From positions 64,001 to 128,000 of the forward strand of contig CAVSLC010000002.1 in assembly GCA_963728565.1 (NCBI GenBank): 64,000 nucleotides of DNA. The letters run 5' to 3'. Below, in pieces: positions 58,953 through 64,000 of this stretch. Within the stretch, counting starts at the first letter, position 1, and each line of letters begins with the position of its first letter. The stretch is from an uncultured delta proteobacterium. GTDB taxonomy: Bacteria; Desulfobacterota; Binatia; UBA9968. Position numbers and translations under genes: made by a program. The notes beneath the pieces were generated by a model. It was not told where the DNA came from and did not search any database. It worked only from the letters and a program-made list of their open reading frames with translations.

Positions 58953-59426
58953 ATGTCGCAAATACTCGGCAATGAGTTGACCGCGGAGCTGTTGAGCCGG
59001 TTGGATGGACGGAATGTGGAATCCTATGAAGGTAAGATCATCCCGATTTTCACGGTGGATGAATACGGCTGGCCTCACCCGGCTTTGCTGTCGTATTACG
59101 AAATGGTGGCCAAGAATCCACGTACTATCGATATGGCGCTGTGGAAGAACAGCTCAACGGCTAATAACCTCAGGCAAAGCGGTAAGGTGACCTTGATGAT
59201 CAACGATCACGCCTTGAATTATTATCTTAAGGGAACGGTGAGCCAGACCGAAGCTGAAATGTCCGGTGCCCCTGCGGTTTCACGCTTTCGCGTGACTCTG
59301 GAGCAGGTGATCGAGGATCAGGAGCCCAATGCCGAGATAACTACCGGATTAACTTACCGCCGAATGAGTCAGCGTGATCCCAACGATTTTGCCGCGAAAG
59401 TTTTCCGAGGCTTGAAAGAAAAATAG
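58953..59426 (+). CDS. FMN-binding split-barrel protein (candidate PhdC-like prFMN maturase)
   Basis: TVDEYGWPHPALLS..E...ALW..S.TA.NL...GKVTL PNPOx-like pattern; follows ubiX-fni. The maturase role is inferred. Confidence 0.65.
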   Translation: MSQILGNELTAELLSRLDGRNVESYEGKIIPIFTVDEYGWPHPALLSYYEMVAKNPRTIDMALWKNSSTANNLRQSGKVTLMINDHALNYYLKGTVSQTEAEMSGAPAVSRFRVTLEQVIEDQEPNAEITTGLTYRRMSQRDPNDFAAKVFRGLKEK

Positions 59427-60721
59427 TGAATCGCAAAAAAGCCATCGCCTGGATCGCAGCGGCAAGCGTCATCGGACTCGGTGGTGCCGGCTGGTGGCAG
59501 CTAAGCGATAGCCCCAAAGAACCCCCGTACGTTACCACGCCGGTACAAACGGCAAGTATCACCCAGGTGGTCTCATCAACCGGAACTCTGCAGGCGGTGG
59601 TCACTGTGCAAGTCGGCAGCCAGGTTTCCGGAACCATCGAAAAGCTCTTCGCCGATTTCAACACCAAAGTAAAAGCCGGGCAGATTGTTGCCCAACTCAA
59701 TCAGGACAAATTTAGGGCTGCCGAAGATCAGGCGCGCGCGAATTTGCTTGCGGCGGAGTCAAATATCGAGAAAAGTAAGGTCGGTGTGGCCGATACGTTG
59801 CGCACCCTCGAGCGCAACCGGCAGCTGAGAACGAAAGACTTGATGGCGCAAAGCGATCTTGACGCCGCGCAGGCGGCGTACGACGCCGCCGTTGCCCAAG
59901 TGGAGGTGAACCGGGCGCAGGCTGCGCAGGCTCAAGCCTCGTTGAAGCAGGCGACAGTAGATCTCAATAACACGGTGATTCGCTCGCCTGTGGACGGACT
60001 GGTGATCTCAAGAAACGTCGACGTCGGTCAAACGGTGGCAGCTTCACTTCAGGCGCCGACGCTGTTTACGATTGCCAACGACTTGGCGCGAATGGAAGTT
60101 CATACCAATGTCGATGAGGCGGATGTCGGCAACGTTAGAGAAGCGCAGGAAGTCACGTTCACGGTGGACGCCTTTCCGTCGCGACGCTTTAGAGGGCGCG
60201 TACATCAGGTGCGCAATGCGCCCATTGTCGTGCAAAATGTGGTGACCTATGTAGCGGTCGTCCGCATCGAGAACAAAGAGTTGCTGCTCAAACCCGGTAT
60301 GACCGCCAATGTGCAATTTCTGGTCAGCCGAAAAGAAGATATCCTGACCATCCCGAATATGGCAATGCGCTTCAAACCGCCTGAGGAGAAAGAAGAAGCG
60401 CAGGAACTTCTGCGCCGCGAACAGAGCCGAACTGCGCCAAAGGTGGGAGAGAGGCGGACCAGCCGTCAAAGCGCCGCGCGTGGAAGTGGCGCTGCGGGCG
60501 GCGGAACCAGACGGGCGCGTATCTATCTCCTCAGGGACAATAAAGCTCAACCCGTCGAAATTCAGCTAGGCATTACTGATGGATCGAGAACCGAAGTTAG
60601 AAGCGGCGATGTCAAAGAAAATGATCCGGTGATCATCGGCATGAGCAGCGCTGATTCCAGCGGTCCAGCGGTGGCCAACCCATTTCAGCCGCAGCGGTCC
60701 CGCGGTTTCGGATTGCAATGA
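59426..60721 (+). CDS. Efflux periplasmic adaptor subunit (MacA-like)
   Basis: N-terminal TM, VGSQVSG, IRSPVDG, GQTVAASLQAPTLF, LKPGMTA. Confidence 0.9.
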   Translation: MNRKKAIAWIAAASVIGLGGAGWWQLSDSPKEPPYVTTPVQTASITQVVSSTGTLQAVVTVQVGSQVSGTIEKLFADFNTKVKAGQIVAQLNQDKFRAAEDQARANLLAAESNIEKSKVGVADTLRTLERNRQLRTKDLMAQSDLDAAQAAYDAAVAQVEVNRAQAAQAQASLKQATVDLNNTVIRSPVDGLVISRNVDVGQTVAASLQAPTLFTIANDLARMEVHTNVDEADVGNVREAQEVTFTVDAFPSRRFRGRVHQVRNAPIVVQNVVTYVAVVRIENKELLLKPGMTANVQFLVSRKEDILTIPNMAMRFKPPEEKEEAQELLRREQSRTAPKVGERRTSRQSAARGSGAAGGGTRRARIYLLRDNKAQPVEIQLGITDGSRTEVRSGDVKENDPVIIGMSSADSSGPAVANPFQPQRSRGFGLQ

Positions 60722-61431
60722 CCGAGCTCGTTCGGGTCAAAGATCTGGTGAAAAATTATCGCATGGGCGACATGGAGGTGCCGGCACTGCGCGGCGTCAC
60801 GCTTGCTATCGGGCGTGGCGAGTTCGTCGCGGTTATGGGTTCCTCCGGCTCAGGCAAGTCGACCTTTATGAATATACTGGGTTGTCTCGATCGCCCGACC
60901 AGCGGAAAGTACTTTCTCGATGGCGATGAAGTCGGCGCATTGACGGCGGATCAATGGGCGGAAATTCGCAACCAGCGTATCGGTTTCGTCTTTCAGGGCT
61001 TCAATTTGCTAGCACGCACTACCGCCTTGGAAAATGTTGAACTGCCGATGATGTACAGCGCCTGTAACGGCAAACAGAGGCATCAGCGCGCCCTGGAAGT
61101 GCTCGGACTGGTCGGTCTCAGTGAGCGTCTTGGTCATACGCCCAATCAACTCTCCGGTGGGCAGCAGCAGCGTGTGGCTATCGCCAGAGCCCTGGTGAAC
61201 CGGCCGTCGTTGATTCTCGCCGACGAGCCCACCGGAAATCTCGATTCCGCCACCAGCGCGGAGATCATGGGATTGTTTCAGAAGCTCAACCGCGATCAAA
61301 GCATTACCATCGTTTTAGTGACTCATGAAACCGACATGGCCCAATACGCCAAGCGCCAAATTCATTTCAAGGACGGTTTGGTGGTCTCAGACCGCCTAAC
61401 CGGATCACTTCGATCATCAATGGAGCACTGA
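60718..61431 (+). CDS. ABC transporter ATP-binding protein (MacB/LolD-like)
   Basis: [37 protein letters not shown]. Confidence 0.93.
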   Translation: MTELVRVKDLVKNYRMGDMEVPALRGVTLAIGRGEFVAVMGSSGSGKSTFMNILGCLDRPTSGKYFLDGDEVGALTADQWAEIRNQRIGFVFQGFNLLARTTALENVELPMMYSACNGKQRHQRALEVLGLVGLSERLGHTPNQLSGGQQQRVAIARALVNRPSLILADEPTGNLDSATSAEIMGLFQKLNRDQSITIVLVTHETDMAQYAKRQIHFKDGLVVSDRLTGSLRSSMEH

Positions 61432-61434
61432 GCA

Positions 61435-62649
61435 ATGTTGTTCATGACACTGCGGATCGCGCTCCGTGCTCTAATGAGAAACAAGTTGCGCGCTTTTCTG
61501 ACGATGCTTGGCATCATCATTGGAGTTGGCGCCGTCATCGCAATGGTGGCGATCGGCCAAGGAGCCAAGGCAACCATTCGGGCCCAAATCGCCAGTTTGG
61601 GAACCAACGTTTTGATTATCTTGCCCGGCACTTCTGTGCAGGGCGGGGTACGGACGGGGTCCGGAGGTGTCAATACACTTGTTGATGGCGATGCCAAAGC
61701 GATGATGCGAGAGCTGCCTGCCGTTGCGTTCGCCTCGCCCGCGTTGCGCCGCAACGAACAGATTGTGGCGGGCAATCTTAACTGGCTGACCTTAACACAA
61801 GGAGTCGGGCCGGAATTTCAACAGATTCGCGATTGGCAGGTCGCCGAAGGACGATTTATTCACGATGGCGATATTGAGAGCGCCGCCAAGGTCGCGGTTA
61901 TCGGCGAGACCGTGGTTAATCAGTTATTCGGTAGCGACGATCCCATCGATGCAGTCATTCGCATCAGAAACATCCCGTTTCGAGTCGTCGGCGTGCTTGC
62001 GCCCAAAGGGCAAACAAGCCAGGGGACTGATCAAGACGACACAATCATCATTCCTTATACAACCATGCAAAAACGTTTGATGCGTATCACGTTCGTGCAA
62101 AGTATCGTTGCCTCTGCCATTGATGCCGAGCGTCTTCCGGAGGCGCAGGCACAGATCACCGCGCTGTTGCGCCAGCGACACCGCATCGGGCCGGATCGTG
62201 ACGACGATTTTTACGTTCGCAATCTCTCGGACATAGCCGAGGCTGCGTCAAGCAGCGCTCAGGTCATGGCCATGCTGCTTGGCACGGTGGCTTCGATCTC
62301 TCTACTGGTCGGAGGCATCGGGATCATGAATATCATGCTGGTCTCGGTGACCGAGCGCACCCGTGAAATTGGCATTCGCATGGCGGTGGGAGCGCGCCGC
62401 AAAGACATCATGCTGCAATTTCTGGTCGAGGCCGTGGTCATGGCGGCAACCGGAGGCTGTATCGGGATATTGCTGGGTATCGGCAGCTCCGAGATCCTCA
62501 ATGACTGGGCGCAATGGCCGACTCACATCAGCACAACGATCATTGCCATCGCTTTTTTCTTTTCCGCAGCTGTCGGAGTATTCTTCGGCTTCTATCCCGC
62601 CAGAAAAGCGGCGAATTTAGATCCCATCGACGCGCTGCGCTACGAGTGA
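61435..62649 (+). CDS. MacB-type ABC transporter permease
   Basis: LTMLGIIIGV, SLLVGGIGIMNIMLVSVTERTREIGIR, PARKAANLDPIDALRYE. Confidence 0.93.
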   Translation: MLFMTLRIALRALMRNKLRAFLTMLGIIIGVGAVIAMVAIGQGAKATIRAQIASLGTNVLIILPGTSVQGGVRTGSGGVNTLVDGDAKAMMRELPAVAFASPALRRNEQIVAGNLNWLTLTQGVGPEFQQIRDWQVAEGRFIHDGDIESAAKVAVIGETVVNQLFGSDDPIDAVIRIRNIPFRVVGVLAPKGQTSQGTDQDDTIIIPYTTMQKRLMRITFVQSIVASAIDAERLPEAQAQITALLRQRHRIGPDRDDDFYVRNLSDIAEAASSSAQVMAMLLGTVASISLLVGGIGIMNIMLVSVTERTREIGIRMAVGARRKDIMLQFLVEAVVMAATGGCIGILLGIGSSEILNDWAQWPTHISTTIIAIAFFFSAAVGVFFGFYPARKAANLDPIDALRYE

Positions 62650-64000
62650 ACTTAATTCAAAATCGATCTCGCTGCGGAACGCATTGATGCGCTCGACCTT
62701 GACCCGCACGTTGTCGCCCAAACGAAACTTTCGTCCGTGACGCAAGCCTTTAATCAGGTATTCTTTCTCGTAATAGTAATAATCGTCGTCGGTAAGCGAT
62801 GCGATTTTCACTAGCCCTTCAACGAAATAGCTGTCGAGCTCGACGAAAAATCCGAAGTTCGTCAAGCTGGTGATGAAGCCGCTGAACTCATCGCCAATCT
62901 TATCCATCATGAATTGAGTTTTCTTCAGGGCGACCATTTCTCGTTCGGCGTCCATGGCATTACGCTCCCTGTTGGAAGTGTGCTTGCCGGCTTCTACTAG
63001 ATAGGACGAGAGATCTTCACGCGCGGCGCCTGTCAATTTCTCGCCTCGAAGCGCTTTGTCGAGTATCCGGTGCACGATCAAATCGGGATAGCGCCGGATC
63101 GGCGAAGTGAAATGAGTGTAGCATCTCGAGGCCAGTCCGAAGTGGCCGATGTTTTCGGGTTGGTACAGCGCCTGTTTCATTGCTCTCAAGAGAACACGGT
63201 TGAGCACTCTCTCCTCGGGCTTGCCCCGAGCAGCCTCGAGCAGGCTTTGTATTTCCAGGGGCGCGATTTTGTCTTTCTTCAGCGGCAGCCGGTATCCTAG
63301 GCTCAATAAGAAGGGCGCCACGGCTTCAAGTGATTCTTTCTCCGGTCCTTCGTGCACGCGATAAAGCGCTGGTAGTTCTTTTGCAGTCAAATGACGCGCC
63401 ACCGCCTCGTTAGCGGCGATCATGAATTCCTCGATGATGCGATGAGCGATGTTGCGCTCGGCGCGGATGATGTCTTCCGGCACTCCTTGAATGTCGAGAA
63501 TGATCTCCGCTTCCGGTAAATCGAAATCTAGATTGCCCCGAGCTTTGCGTTTTTCGAAAATCAGCAACGTGAGCTCTTCCATCAATTCGAATTGGGGCAC
63601 GAGGTCCGCATAGCGCTCGATTGTCGCGGGGTCACGATCTAGCAGGATTCGGCGCACATCGGTATAGGTCATACGCTCTCGGCTGCGGATCACCGAGTTG
63701 AAAAAGCGGCTGCCGATGACTTTGCCTTTGGCGCTGTATTCAATGCACACGGTTTTCGTCAGCCGGTCCTCATGAGGATTGAGACTGCAGATGCCGTTGG
63801 AGAGCGCCTCCGGAAGCATAGGGATGGCACGGTCGGGAAAATAGACGCTGGTGGCCCGGCTGTAAGCTTCCTGGTCCAGGGCGGTGGCGGGGCTGACATA
63901 ATACGCGACATCCGCAATGCAAACGTAGAGCTCATAGCCGCCATCGATCCTGCGCACGTAAACGGCATCATCGAAGTCGCGTGCGCGCTCACCATCGATG
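62617..64000 (-). CDS. rnr: Ribonuclease R (3' part; extends beyond the window)
   Basis: IDGERARDFDDA at the window edge, IADV, SVYFP...PMLP..LS, IEEFM..AN, HFGLA...YTHFTSPIRRYPDL, C-terminal S1 domain. Confidence 0.93.
   Translation of the reverse strand, partial: IDGERARDFDDAVYVRRIDGGYELYVCIADVAYYVSPATALDQEAYSRATSVYFPDRAIPMLPEALSNGICSLNPHEDRLTKTVCIEYSAKGKVIGSRFFNSVIRSRERMTYTDVRRILLDRDPATIERYADLVPQFELMEELTLLIFEKRKARGNLDFDLPEAEIILDIQGVPEDIIRAERNIAHRIIEEFMIAANEAVARHLTAKELPALYRVHEGPEKESLEAVAPFLLSLGYRLPLKKDKIAPLEIQSLLEAARGKPEERVLNRVLLRAMKQALYQPENIGHFGLASRCYTHFTSPIRRYPDLIVHRILDKALRGEKLTGAAREDLSSYLVEAGKHTSNRERNAMDAEREMVALKKTQFMMDKIGDEFSGFITSLTNFGFFVELDSYFVEGLVKIASLTDDDYYYYEKEYLIKGLRHGRKFRLGDNVRVKVERINAFRSEIDFELSSLVAQRVDGI

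Noticed and set aside
59426-62649. MacAB-type exporter as part of the prFMN module
   Set aside because: Its start overlaps the preceding stop, but it is a generic, widespread transporter with no sequence evidence of a functional link.

Overview
GC-rich bacterial chromosomal segment. Its gene content and style suggest a deltaproteobacteria-like lineage such as Binatia, but this is an inference. Almost all genes lie on the + strand. From left to right: (1) an edge-truncated DsbA-NhaA fusion that the ORF track missed, plus small stress/metabolic genes; (2) housekeeping argS-SPOR-trpDCFBA-folC-lptD, with a MITE-like element before trpD; (3) a ~17 kb surface-glycan locus for a modified GDP-heptose (Cj1427-like oxidoreductase, HddC, GmhB, HddA, Fcl-like, ThDP E1 alpha/beta without E2/E3, His-type PLP 3-dehydratase, B12 radical SAM, Nudix, DmhA-like dehydratase, GTs and two large membrane proteins); (4) three secreted-protein genes, of which a matrixin metalloprotease and an FN3 protein carry the same 51-aa beta-propeller (PVL-lectin/FG-GAP-like) repeat and the third is a stand-alone copy of the protease N-terminal domain; (5) a type II secretion cluster whose secretin runs into a C-terminal SPOR domain; (6) an apparent cofactor operon, yqeB-coxD-coxE-xdhC (Mo-hydroxylase maturation), followed by an archaeal-type riboflavin kinase, ubiX, type-2 IPP isomerase and two split-barrel flavin proteins (candidate self-contained prenylated-FMN module); (7) a MacAB-type ABC exporter and the 3' part of rnr. 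About eleven single-base frameshifts in otherwise intact genes look like sequencing errors. I saw no rRNA, tRNA or CRISPR array. All family calls come from motif recognition by eye, not from database searches.
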